From: Schizosaccharomyces osmophilus
Lineage: Eukaryota
Length of the DNA stretch: 64,000 nt
Reading direction: 5' to 3'
Assembly (NCBI RefSeq): GCF_027921745.1
Contig: NC_079240.1
Location: 806,001 to 870,000, forward strand
Every line of letters starts with the position of its first letter. Position 1 is the first letter of the stretch. Below, in pieces: positions 25,163-36,829 of the stretch. The notes beneath the pieces were generated by a model. The model saw only the letters and a program-made list of their open reading frames with translations. It was not told the DNA's origin and did not search any database. Made by a program: the position numbers and the translations under genes.

Positions 25163-25407
25163 TGACTTGCTAAGCTATGATAACATAAAAGTTTTGGGAC
25201 GTGGTATTGGTATATTAATAAATTATTGAGTTTATATATTTTGCTATTAGTAAAACAATCTGCGAGAGGAGATATATACATTAAGAAGACAACTATGTAC
25301 ATGATTCACCATCTATGTAGTGGGAATAGCAAGTGAAATATCTTTAATCTGTAAATAAATGCCACTAAATCTTAGAAACACAAAAGACAAAGAAGTAAGG
25401 TAAATAC

Positions 25408-27141
25408 TCATAATTTTGACCTACGGCCTCTTGTTGAGCCAGGTGGTCGACCTCTTGGGTTTGGGTGAGACTGGGTAGCTACACTTTGTTGTGCACTATT
25501 GATTGCTCGATCAAGACCTTTCCATTCTTTTTGCCAATTTTCAAGAAGACTTCGAGCTTTAAATAATTTATCTCGTTGTGTAGTAACTTCATCAGAATCC
25601 CCCTTCCTATTGAAAAAGTCGAGTAGCTCGGTGAATTCTTGTTCTGAGTCAGAAGATTCGTCTGGTTGTTCTTCTTCTATCGCTGGTTCGCTTTCGATTT
25701 GTTCTTCTTCAGTGCTATCGTTGGATGCAACGTTTTGCAGATGCAATTCTTGAAGTATAGGGGATTTCGTTATTTGTGAAGGAACGTCGTGTTTTGGCGA
25801 TTTCGGAGACCTTGGGGACCTTGGAGATCTTGGAGACCTTGGCGATACATTTGTTGTTGTGATAAAAGCAATATTTTGTAAAAGATGCTGATCCGATCTA
25901 ACAGGAGAAGATGAGCTTTTTGTAGGAAATGAGTTAGTGATGTCTTGTTGGTCCAAAGATTTTTCAGGAAGGGGTTTGAGATCTTCTTGTTGAGTCTCAA
26001 GAGTAGGTTGTGGAAGAGACGGGTATTCAGGACTGAGAGAGTGAAATCGCTCTAATGATTTCCTAATAGAAATACTGAATAGATCAGGTAAAATTAAGGC
26101 TCGCTGTGTATGGATAAATGCAGCCAACAGTAGAGAATTCGACCATATTTCATATGCGTTTCTATAGGATGAGTCATAGTAAATTTGGCTTCCATATTGA
26201 ATACAAAGGTTGGCGATGTTTTTACGGTTGCATGTCAACTTTGAAATTTGACAAAGCCAATTCGAATCGACAGCTGATAGCGTTGCACGGGTGCTGTTTA
26301 CATCTAAATCGGTTTCCAGAGAATCCAATAACTGAACGACAATTTGGTTGGAAAAGTTGGTTTCGTTAATAGGAAGGACTGTTGATCTTTGGTAGTTGTT
26401 GAGATTTATGTAACGACGGGAAGCAGGTCGACCCTTATAAGCAGGCGTAATCGTTTCTATGGGAGTAAAGGCTAATTCGGGAGTCAACTTGCAAACGTAT
26501 CCTTCATCACTTGCAAAGCGTAGAGTTCGATATGGACGAATCAACACCGGTCGAACATATGGTTTTCGGTTCGGGACTTCGTGAACATTCAAAGGGAGAG
26601 CCTCGTACGGAACTGGAAGATGAGTTAGTCAATTAATATAGTGGGAAGGAAGTAGTCGAGCACTGGATATGCATGTGAGAAAACATTATGAAGCCGTAAA
26701 CGTTTGAACGAAGGACATTGGTTTTACCAGATCCAAATTTCTATCAAGTTTAGTTGTTCAAGCATGTTGGATCTGAGGGGAACCTTTAGCGAATAAGAAA
26801 CACGAATTTTTAGAGAAAGAAAGGAATTTTTTTTTAAAAAAAAAATTCAAAATGATAAAATGATCCAACCCGTTGAAACAGTACGAGGATCCAGACATGC
26901 TTGATTCGTTGGCGGAGAATGGTAAGGACGACTGCATAAACATGCACAAAATATGTAGTGCTGATTGTAAAGTGAACTTACCTAGCGTAATTAGGCAACG
27001 AAAGGGTCCCCCTTGTCCGTCGTCGTCGAAAGGATTGCGAACATAGGAATCCAGCAGATGTGCTTCTAGAGGATGGAAAGCATTTTGTAAAAAAGAGAAA
27101 AATTCTTCAATATCAGGCTTTTTATGTTGAACATCCACCAT
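25408..27141 (-). CDS. nts1: Clr6-complex-associated protein Nts1-like, 2 coding exons (27141-26982, 26612-25408)
   Basis: A 369-nt intron GTAAGT..GACTAAC..CAG joins ..FRCLITL|VPYEALPLNVHE in frame; C-terminal AT-hook RGRPP. Name from recalled synteny. Confidence 0.75.
25792..25845 (-). repeat. 9-bp coding tandem repeat encoding (SPR)4(SPK)2
   Basis: + strand units ttttggcga/tttcggaga/ccttgggga/ccttggaga/tcttggaga/ccttggcga. Confidence 0.9.
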
Positions 27142-28820
27142 TCCCTAAAGTATCAAGAGGCCTCCAAACATGGAGCATGAATAGGTATGATTAATGTTTA
27201 TATTCTGCTATCGATGAATATGTTCTCTAAATCCTCAGAGTTTCCACGATTTTCTACATCAATTGCCATTAGTTATGGTTTTTTTTAGAAAGAAATAGAT
27301 ATGAAATTCCAAACGACATACCTTTTTGGCATAAATTGCAAAGTTTGGGTAATAGGTGGTTTGGAAGGTCTTGAGCTACGTATCTAAGTACCGTAAATAG
27401 AGACTTTTAGAAGGTCAGAAAAAGTGACCTGCGAAAACATTCCAATTTGTTTGAAATGGAGGAAGAAAAAGATGGAAGAAAGCAAAACGAGTACGTCGAA
27501 CCATGACCGTTTGGAAGATTCCTTTGAGAAACCCACTTCCGTAGACGAGGTGGTCCATTCGCATGCAAACTAGAAAGCAACTGGAGTTTGTTTGCAAGAA
27601 ATTGTTCACATTTTCGTTATGTTATGTTTTATGGCTTCCCTTGCTACACCATTTGAGAAAGCTGCCATCTTTCCTAAAGACTCCTTATAGAATATCATTG
27701 TAAATGATGAAATTTAAAACAAACCTGAATATCTGGAAAGAGAGTATAGATTGACATTTGAATTTTGAGGCTTTACAACAAAAAAAAAATGGATTCTCTA
27801 AAATTAAAAAGACGCCAGCGATAACTCACGTTTCGGCCGTTAGTAGGGGTGGTTTCAAAAAATGATCCTACTACTTTGCCCCAATGTCCTTTCCTACAAA
27901 CATTGTACTCTAAAAATTATTTCTGTGTTTCTTCCTTCCACATTACAAACCCTTTTTGGAAGTCTTTTCCAAAGTACCTATTCAACTTTTCAGTTTGTTT
28001 ACAGTCTGTTTGTTCTTTTCCTGGGGTTGTGACCCCACTGTATTTTGAATCGCTACGCTACCTCACAAGAACGAGGATGAACGCGGCTTAGCGTATTCTT
28101 ATTGTGGCGACGTCATTGTGGGACATATGGATCTCTCCAGCGGGTTCTCTAGAACTTTCTTTAGATCCGCACCTCACCATGAGAGTACAAACTGTTTATC
28201 CGCATATCTAAAGTAACAAGCTCATCACGGAAAAATTAGAGGCGAAACCGCTCGAAACAATTACCGAAACGTCTCTATTTACATTGAAGGCGCCAAAGTT
28301 CGTTTGACATTTTGTTTGAGATTTGTGTGTTGAAAGCGACGTGCAGGTGTTTGTGTTGTTGTAGAAACACCGTTTCCTAGAATACGTGCGATTTGAAGCA
28401 ACACATCATTCTCCCGGAAGCTCTAGCCACTGAACCATTCTTCGGCAATGTCGCGTTTGTTCGTTTTGCGTCGGACCCTGTCGGTCTTTTGAGTATATGT
28501 AAACAAAGGTAGAAAATTAGAAATAGAAATGAAAAAACTAGCAAGGTTCAATGGTTTTGGTGTTTCCAAATTGCTGTCTGTAGATCCTCGGGTATGACAG
28601 TGCACCTAAAGTGATCAGGGGAAAAACGTCAGGGTGTTTCGGAGGAAACAACGATAGGTAAAAACGCAATAGAGTGGTCCTCTTCCGAAGAAGACTGTCG
28701 AATGAGCGGAGCACTCCTCAAAATATTTCGTTAAAATGTGACTGTCTAAAAAATTATATATAATCTTTATGGACATTGACAAAACTGTATCCTACCAAAC
28801 AATAGACAATAACGGTAAAG

Positions 28821-29576
28821 ATGTCTGCTCCTCGTACTTTTTTCGTTGGTGGTAACTTTAAGATGAACGGCTCTCAAGAGTCTATGAAGCAAATTGTCGG
28901 TGCTTTGAACGAAAACAAGCTCAACGTTGACAAGGTTGAGACTGTTATCTTCCCTCAAAACTTGTACTTGATCCCTACCCGTGAACATGTTCGTAAGGAT
29001 ATTGGTGTCGGTGCCCAAAACGTTCACGACAAGAAGAACGGTGCCTTCACTGGTGAGAACAGTGCTCAATCTTTGATTGACGCTGGTATCAACTACACTT
29101 TGACTGGTCACTCCGAACGTCGTACCATCTTCAAGGAAAGTGACGAGCTCGTTGCTGACAAGACCCAATTCGCTATTGAACAAGGTCTTACTGTTGTCGC
29201 CTGTATCGGTGAAACTTTGGCTGAGCGTGAATCCAACGACACTATCAAGGTCGTTGTCCGTCAATTGAACGCTTTGGCTGACAAGGTCAAGAGCTGGTCT
29301 AAGGTCGTTGTTGCTTACGAACCCGTGTGGGCCATTGGTACCGGTAAGACCGCTACCCCTGCCCAAGCTCAAGAAGTTCACGCTGAGATCCGTAAGTGGG
29401 CTGCTGAGAGACTCGGTGCTCAAGTTGCTGAAGGCTTGCGTATCATCTATGGTGGTTCCGTTAACGGTGCTAACTGCAAGGAATTCCTCCAATTCCCAGA
29501 TGTTGATGGTTTCTTGGTTGGTGGTGCTTCTCTCAAGCCCGAATTCCACACCATCGTCAACGTCCACACTATCTAA
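28821..29576 (+). CDS. tpi1: Triosephosphate isomerase
   Basis: [28 protein letters not shown] and GFLVGGASL motifs; strong codon bias. Confidence 0.98.
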   Translation: MSAPRTFFVGGNFKMNGSQESMKQIVGALNENKLNVDKVETVIFPQNLYLIPTREHVRKDIGVGAQNVHDKKNGAFTGENSAQSLIDAGINYTLTGHSERRTIFKESDELVADKTQFAIEQGLTVVACIGETLAERESNDTIKVVVRQLNALADKVKSWSKVVVAYEPVWAIGTGKTATPAQAQEVHAEIRKWAAERLGAQVAEGLRIIYGGSVNGANCKEFLQFPDVDGFLVGGASLKPEFHTIVNVHTI

Positions 29577-30132
29577 TTCGAACCATTTCGTTAGTACAGT
29601 TGTTTAATTAATTGTTAAGTAAGTAAATTTCTATTCCTTCTCTTTTGGCATTTCATAATCCTCCAAAACGTGTAGCTTAACTGTAACAATCCATTCGCAC
29701 ATCCCTCTAGTCATAGCAACTCTTATACCCCGCTACCGCAAAATAATACAGTAGGCATTGATCTTCTTTCTGGATGCATCCTCATGTCTTTGTTTACTTC
29801 TATAGTTTTCTTTGAATGTCCTATATGATTTACCACAATCGACCGTTCACGCAATCCCATACCAACTGCGAACCAACATCCAAAATTTGTAAGAGCATAA
29901 AAAGTTATCACTTCTCCTTGATAGCTTTTCAATTGTTCTTTTTCGCTTTTAAAAAAATTTTTTTTTCTAAGCTCTATCAATCCCTCGGCTGTTGTATGCC
30001 ACGGCGTGTTTGCTGAGTTTAACGTTTACAACAATTCCTAAGATTAGCTTCTTGTTTCTCAGTGAACTATTCGTTTATGTCTTCTGACTGCTAAATAGAT
30101 GTCTTAACGTTTCACTTTCCAAGGTCTTGTAC

Positions 30133-33100
30133 ATGCCTGGATACACAGTCCGTAAATCCGTCTCACGATGGCTTTTTGTCGCTCAGCATGAGCAGCTAGT
30201 TTGCCGTAATTTCCGCTTGAGCAGTCGCTCCTATGCGACGCACAAGCTCAAGGACGATGCTGCATTAAGAGTCAACCCCGTGGGAATACAGTACTTATCG
30301 CCAGCTTTACAGTCGCAAGTATTTCCTGGGAAATCTCGTAGACCGTCCGATTTGTATGTGGAGCTTGCAAAGCTTCATCTACAAAAACATGATCTCTCAA
30401 ATAGGAAGACCACGCAATTACCGTCGTATAACTTTCGTCTTCCTGCTTTACAAGGAAAAAACCTAACTGAACACTTTGAAACCATCGGCCGCGAATGTGC
30501 AGAACCTCACCTCACGAATGCACAGTCGTTTGGTCTAGTTTCCTTGCCTTCCATCCCCAAGAAATGGCTTCATCAGCCCGGTTGGACCAGGTACGGTTCC
30601 GACGGTACTGTGGAACAGGTCCCTTATCCCAAGGAGGCCATGCTCGTTTTTGACGTCGAAGTTTTATATAAAGTATCGGATTTTGCTGTCCTTGCCATTG
30701 CTGCTTCTCCCAACGCTTGGTACTGCTGGCTATCACCGTGGCTGCTGGGAAAAACAGAGCAGGATCGACATCTTATTCCTCTACGGCCGGAGGGACATCT
30801 CATTATCGGTCATCACATCAGCTTCGACCGCCAAAGAATTTTACAGGAATACAATCTGACACGATCCAATAATTCGTTCATCGATACCATGTCGTTGCAT
30901 GTAGCTACTAATGGAATGTGTTCACGACAAAAACCCACTTGGCTAAAGGCTAAAAAGGCTTTTAGGCAAAGTATTAGTAAAGAAAGTGATGATTCGGATG
31001 AAGGTCCTTCTCAAAATGAATTCGATTACGAAAATTTCATTGAACAGGAACCTTGGCTGCGGCACGTCTCTGTCAATTCACTTAAAGACGTAGCGAAGTT
31101 CCATTGCGACATTGACATGAGTAAAGAAACGCGCGATTTATTCTCTGAACTTGATAAAGGGGTGGTTTTACAGCATTTGGATGAGGCTATCTCTTATTGC
31201 GCTTTTGATGTCCATGCCACTCATAAAGTCTATCAGAAGGTACTTCCTCAATTTCTTGAAGTTTGTCCGCATCCGTCGACTTTCGCAGCTATGCTACTCA
31301 TGAGTACAAGCTTTTTGCCAGTAAATAATTCTTGGAAACGCTATATCAATAACGCTGAAGATTGCTACAAAAGCATGTCTAATGTAGTTATAGAAAAACT
31401 CTCTTATTACGCCGAACAAATGAAGGATCTTCAGGGGGATGACAATGCAATTGCTAAGGACCCATGGCTGCGTCAGTTAGATTGGAGTCCTTGCAAATTG
31501 TATCGCAAACCAGCTAAATCAACTGTAATACCCCCTGTTGTTCCAAAGTGGTATAAAGCGGTATATGAAAAGAACTTACAAAAAGCTGTTGCGTCTGACA
31601 AGTCTCGACTTGCACCTATTCTATTGCGTTTGCAATGGGAGGGTCACCCTCTGGTGTGGTCAAACGTTCATGGGTGGGTTTTTGAAGTAGAAAAGAATTC
31701 CCAAAAAGATATCGATGATCTGTTACGTCGTAAGTTCTTCCATTGCAGCTGCGACCCACAAAGGGATCCTATATTAAAAGCGGAAAGTTATGCATACTTT
31801 AAAATTCCTCATAAGGATGGCCCTGAGGCAAGGTGTGGATCTCCTTTGTCCAAAACATATCAGAGTTATTTTGAAGATGGAATTCTCACCTCAAAATTCG
31901 AAATAGCAAAGAATGCCTTGGAAATGAGTACCTCCTGCTCTTATTGGCGTAGCGCACGTGACCGAATTAAATCTCAAATGGTAGTTTGGGAAAAAGATGT
32001 TCAATTTGGACTTACATCTCAACCCGATGGTTTTGGGATGATTCTTCCAAAGATTATTCCCATGGGTACTGTGACTAGACGTGCTGTTGAGAACACTTGG
32101 TTAACGGCTTCCAATGCGAAGAAAAATAGACTTGGCTCGGAACTTAAGGCCATGGTTTGTGCTCCTGAAGGATATACGTTTGTTGGTGCTGATGTAGATT
32201 CCGAAGAACTTTGGATCGTTGCAGTCATTGGTGACTCCCAATTTAGTCTCCATGGTGCCACCGCTCTTAGTTGGATGACTTTGGAAGGTAAAAAATCCGA
32301 AGGTACAGACTTGCACTCAAAAACTGCTGCAATCTTAGGGGTAAGCCGAGACGCTGCAAAAGTGTTCAATTATGGTCGCCTGTATGGCGCCGGATTGAAA
32401 CATACAGCTTTACTTTTAAAGCAATTTAACTCTTCATTGGACGACACTCAAGCGGCTAATTTAGCTAAAGCATTATACAAATCTACCAAAGGAGTTCGCT
32501 CCGAAGTTAGTAAACGTCTTCTCGCTATGGGTATTCCAGAACATCATTTTTGGTCAAAAGGAAGTGAAAGCTTCGTATTTAACAAACTCGAATCGATGGC
32601 TCAAATGAATTTTCCCAGAACTCCCGTTTTGAATGCAGGAATTACTCAAGCCCTAAGCACAAATAACCTTAGTAGAAGTTCTTTTATGACATCCAGAGTG
32701 AATTGGGCAATTCAGTCATCAGCTGTAGATTACCTGCATTTGCTTGTCGTTTCTATGGAACATTTGATTCGCAAGTATAATTTAGAGGCTCGATTGTCTC
32801 TAACAGTTCATGATGAAGTACGGTATTTTTCCACAAATAAAGATAGGTTTCGTGTTGCACTTGCCTTGCAGGTTGCCAATTTGTGGACCAGGTCCTTCTT
32901 TTGTCATAGACTGGGAATCGATGAATTGCCTCAATCAGTGGCATTCTTCTCTTCTGTCGATATTGATCACGTTTTACGGAAGGATGTTAAAATGGATTGT
33001 GTAACACCTTCCAATCCAACGCCTATACCGTCTGGTGAAGAGTATAATATTGATGCTTTACTTTGTCAGTTGGCTGAAAACCATCAGTGTTTGGAATCAC

Positions 33101-33204
33101 TCGAGAGTGTGCCAATTGATGGTTTCCCAGAAGATGAAACTATTGTAAGTAAGGAAGAAGATTTAAAGGCTTTGGCATACTTAAAAGCTCAAGCTTTTCA
33201 TTGA
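30133..33204 (+). CDS. pog1: Mitochondrial DNA polymerase gamma
   Basis: VFDVE (ExoI), VGADVDSEELW (PolA), KVFNYGRLYGAG (PolB), VHDEVRY (PolC); first ATG at 30133. Confidence 0.96.
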   Translation: MPGYTVRKSVSRWLFVAQHEQLVCRNFRLSSRSYATHKLKDDAALRVNPVGIQYLSPALQSQVFPGKSRRPSDLYVELAKLHLQKHDLSNRKTTQLPSYNFRLPALQGKNLTEHFETIGRECAEPHLTNAQSFGLVSLPSIPKKWLHQPGWTRYGSDGTVEQVPYPKEAMLVFDVEVLYKVSDFAVLAIAASPNAWYCWLSPWLLGKTEQDRHLIPLRPEGHLIIGHHISFDRQRILQEYNLTRSNNSFIDTMSLHVATNGMCSRQKPTWLKAKKAFRQSISKESDDSDEGPSQNEFDYENFIEQEPWLRHVSVNSLKDVAKFHCDIDMSKETRDLFSELDKGVVLQHLDEAISYCAFDVHATHKVYQKVLPQFLEVCPHPSTFAAMLLMSTSFLPVNNSWKRYINNAEDCYKSMSNVVIEKLSYYAEQMKDLQGDDNAIAKDPWLRQLDWSPCKLYRKPAKSTVIPPVVPKWYKAVYEKNLQKAVASDKSRLAPILLRLQWEGHPLVWSNVHGWVFEVEKNSQKDIDDLLRRKFFHCSCDPQRDPILKAESYAYFKIPHKDGPEARCGSPLSKTYQSYFEDGILTSKFEIAKNALEMSTSCSYWRSARDRIKSQMVVWEKDVQFGLTSQPDGFGMILPKIIPMGTVTRRAVENTWLTASNAKKNRLGSELKAMVCAPEGYTFVGADVDSEELWIVAVIGDSQFSLHGATALSWMTLEGKKSEGTDLHSKTAAILGVSRDAAKVFNYGRLYGAGLKHTALLLKQFNSSLDDTQAANLAKALYKSTKGVRSEVSKRLLAMGIPEHHFWSKGSESFVFNKLESMAQMNFPRTPVLNAGITQALSTNNLSRSSFMTSRVNWAIQSSAVDYLHLLVVSMEHLIRKYNLEARLSLTVHDEVRYFSTNKDRFRVALALQVANLWTRSFFCHRLGIDELPQSVAFFSSVDIDHVLRKDVKMDCVTPSNPTPIPSGEEYNIDALLCQLAENHQCLESLESVPIDGFPEDETIVSKEEDLKALAYLKAQAFH

Positions 33205-33508
33205 TACTGTGATTTGCAATATTATCTCGAAAAAAAAGAGATAATTTATGAAATTGTCATGATAATTCATTGTTATAAAAAACTTAGTTAATAATTGGGT
33301 TAGGGGTTAATACTAAAACACTTTAGTAAATATTAATAGGAATCGCATGGTTTTTTCGGTTTATTGAATTAGCGATAAAAAAACGATATTAAGAATAGAG
33401 GAAAAATAAAGGATTAGAGAAAAGAATTCGTGAGGATTAGTGCAAATATATGTGCGTTAGACATCTATTTTTGAAAAAGCAAGAAACCTTCAACGACTAA
33501 AACAAACA

Positions 33509-34906
33509 TTACTGGGGACGAAATACTCCAGTATTTCTGTCAATAGATGTTTTCAAGGCTGCCACCCAAAGAATTAAAGTCTCTTCATCATCCACTCGGA
33601 ATTCCATTGGCTTACTGAGAGTAATCACAGTAAATATGTACTTCTGGGATTTTTCAAAAAAATTAATCTCGGCAATATCTTGGATTTCTGTGATCGGAAT
33701 AAGTTTTACAGGCTTGTATTCCTTGTTAGAGTTGTAAATTGTCATACCATTACCGCGAACTACTGCCCAACACCTTGACCAGCGATGGATATTCCCGTGA
33801 CGCCAATATATGGGTCCCTGCATTAAAACCTTGTTCTCATCGAGCATTTTATACAAATTTTGTAATGAGGAAGAATGTTTGTGCTTTCGGAGGTTATCAT
33901 TATTTAGTGCGTGGAATGGAAGCTTGGCTCCTTGTTGTGGTACGCCTTGAGGTCTTAATCTTCCCAACTGAGTTAAGTCATATAAAGAGGTACAATAATA
34001 GCTTGGAAATCCATCTTCAGTCGAAGAGGGGCCGTGAGGCATGTTGGTATGAGAAGAAGGAGAGTAGTTTCCAAGATCGTTGTCGGAGACTAACACATCA
34101 GAACCGCTTGCCGTGGTAGGAGGGGAGGAGATTAGACCAAAACGTAAAGGATGTCGAGAAAATGGAGCGCGGTAGGCAGTTGTCGTTCTCAAGACTCGTA
34201 CCCAGCTTTCAGCTTCGGCATTTGAAGGGGCAATAAACCGTATAATTTTTTCGTTTAAATACAAGTAGAGTGCTACAACCGTTAGAAAAACAGAATAACA
34301 TCAACATTCTAAAGATTATACATTTTGGAGATTTCTCTCTGTAGTATGCGACGGCCGAGATGTCTTGCGTTGGAAAAATAAGTTTTGTTTTATACTCCTA
34401 AATTTTAGTTAGAAGACAATGAAAAAGACCTTTGAAAACCTTTTCGTCTTTGTAAAAGGACAACTTCTCTCTGCGAAGTACACCCCATAAATGCTTGCCA
34501 GTCTAAGTCAATAGGTTAGTAATTGCTAGCGCATTGAAACAGTCCAAATAAACAGTAAATAAAATCCAACATATAAAAAAAAGGCTGCCAAACGATATGA
34601 GATTCAAATCCAAGAGAAGAGTGTTTTTCAACTGAGCCAAATGAGCTTGGATACTCTCTGAAAGCGAACCCACTCACTGTTGATAAAAATTGAGAAATTT
34701 TAACACTCTTGACGAAATTGAACCGACATTACCGGATGGGTCTTGCGTTTACATATATAGCTGGAACAGTAACTGAGCTGTCAATCGGAGCATACCGTAG
34801 TAGGATGACTTTTTCTTATTAGCCAACCTGATTTCAATACTCGCTCTACTTCTGGGAGTCGTCTTGCTTCATCAAAGCTGGATTCTCGGATTTCACATGG
34901 ATTCAT
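33509..34906 (-). CDS. opy1: Dual PH-domain protein Opy1, 4 exons (34906-34796, 34502-34440, 34397-34322, 34272-33509)
   Basis: VLKSGWLIRK..|..LWGVLRREKLSFYKDEK|EYK.. PH1 and WAVVRGNGMTIYNSNKEYK PH2; exact start codon uncertain. Confidence 0.88.
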
Positions 34907-36829
34907 TTCCTGTTCAGCAAAACCGAAGCTCTACGCTCGTATGCCACTTCAATTGAATCATGGACGAATTTTTTTTCAAATTTTCTTCTTTATATTATTC
35001 CCTTTTTAAATTGCTTTGAAATATTGTAGTTTTCTTGCTTTTGCTACGACTATGTATGACACAACAGTTACAGTCCTATAGGGAGTTACAACGAAGGTGA
35101 TCCGAAGGAGAAAAACAGTTCTTTCATTAATTTAAAACTTTATAAAGTTATTTTGTTTTGTTTTTTTTTTCATGTTCGTTTTGAGCTCCGAAGAGTACTC
35201 TTCCACGAGTTAAAAATGAATACGCTTATTATGTCTGAGGACCGCTTCCTTGGCGATTCTCCGACAAGGTTAACCAAGAATGAATGCTTCTGCTACTTTT
35301 TATTGCTTTCTAAGTATCTTGGCGAACTGATCCACCGTATGGCAAACGACATGTAAATAAAACATGGATATCGTGAAGCGATGAAAAGCAACTCATAAAT
35401 CTAACAAAATTCTTTTAAGAGGATTTCCCTTAATAAATTTTGTAGGAAGTTCAACTTTCCTGTTATTGTTTTTTAGGGTCATATTTGAAAGTGTGCGTTT
35501 CCGTGCTTTATTGAACTATCAAGCTTATAGCACTTTTCACTTTCCTGCAAGAACGAAGCTTATAAACCTAACGTCAGTCTAACTCCAGTCAAGATGCATA
35601 ATGACAGTCGGCAATTTACTATTCAGTATGACTCAACATTCTTTCACAAACGGTCGAAGAAATATATAGGCTTGAAAATCAGGCTCTTAAGATATAGCAA
35701 TGATTATAATAGCAAAAAGGAAGAAACATGCAAGATACTTCCAGAGTGAAAAGTCGTAACGCATGGTATTATAGAAATGTCTACTATCGCAATAGACGAA
35801 AACACCAACAGTTCGTACCGTATTTAGGAAGAAAATGAGGATGCGAGATTCTATAGACCTTTTAAAATAAAATTCATAATTATGCATGGGCAACCACTGC
35901 TAGCTATTTGTTCTCGAATACTTCTAGCAATTTGTACCTCGACAAGTAACAGGAAGCAAAAGGGAGGCCAAAAGTGAATGAAGTGATACTACAATTCTCT
36001 TGAAAAAGAAGTTCAACAAAAATACTTATGCATAATTCGTTATTCAGGATCGAAGCCTGTGTATACAAATGTTGTGTCCATACCAACTCGTTGCCTTTGG
36101 GATGATAGAAACCATAATCGCACGCCTTTTAATGGCTACAGATTTAAGGTGAAAAGTTCTTGTTTTCTTCAGGGTATTCGATAAAATTAGAATAAATACA
36201 ATTAAACCCAAGCATCTCTGGAATTTTTTCTCTTTAGCTTCAAAAGAACCTGATATAAATTGTTTGTTATTAACATGCAGTGCATACCAAGAAATCTCGA
36301 GATTTAGATTGTATATTTTGGCATGGCTGTACTCAGGAGGACTGGTTAGAATATCCCTCTGTTACAGTCTGATATATATTTGATGACTTTCAACGCTTTA
36401 AGTGCAACACGGTCGAACAATCCTAGTCTTCTCCTACGATCAAACGTGGGTATTGAATGAAATAGGAACCAAATCTAAGTTAACTATGTTTTCATAATTC
36501 CAGAAATGAGTCAACCCCCGCCTAATTGGCAATAACTAAAGAGAAAGAAGATGGCCTTTTTGCATTTCTTACGCTGTATCGAGTCACAAGACCAAGTAAC
36601 ATATTTCCTTACTTGGCGTTTGTTTACAGAAATGTAAATAAAGCTAGTTTTTCAGAAATAACAGAAATAAGAAAAATGCTCTCACTATATGATTTTAAGA
36701 AAAGCAAGTTCAGGCGTTTGATTGTCGAAAATTGTCTTAAACCGAAACTTGATTTCTATTAAGATTCCCTTGGGAACTAAATAGCTAAGGATGAATCCTA
36801 GCTTGAGACAATGCAGTAAGTCTGCAAAG

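Noticed and set aside
27322..27332. ATG-CCA-AAA-AG as the coding first exon of nts1
   Set aside because: Phase is incompatible with the main frame at either candidate acceptor; treated as a uORF instead.
28767..29567. 266-aa antisense ORF over tpi1 (likewise 12998-13411 over rps17 and 49841-50350 over aro2)
   Set aside because: Shadow ORFs produced by the strong codon bias of highly expressed genes; no independent motifs.
36526..36762. Plus-strand 78-aa ORF vaguely like an RT N-terminus (KEDG..RVTRP..FSEI)
   Set aside because: TTG start, opposite strand to the gag-like relic, and no DY, LDL or YxDD motifs; resemblance too weak.
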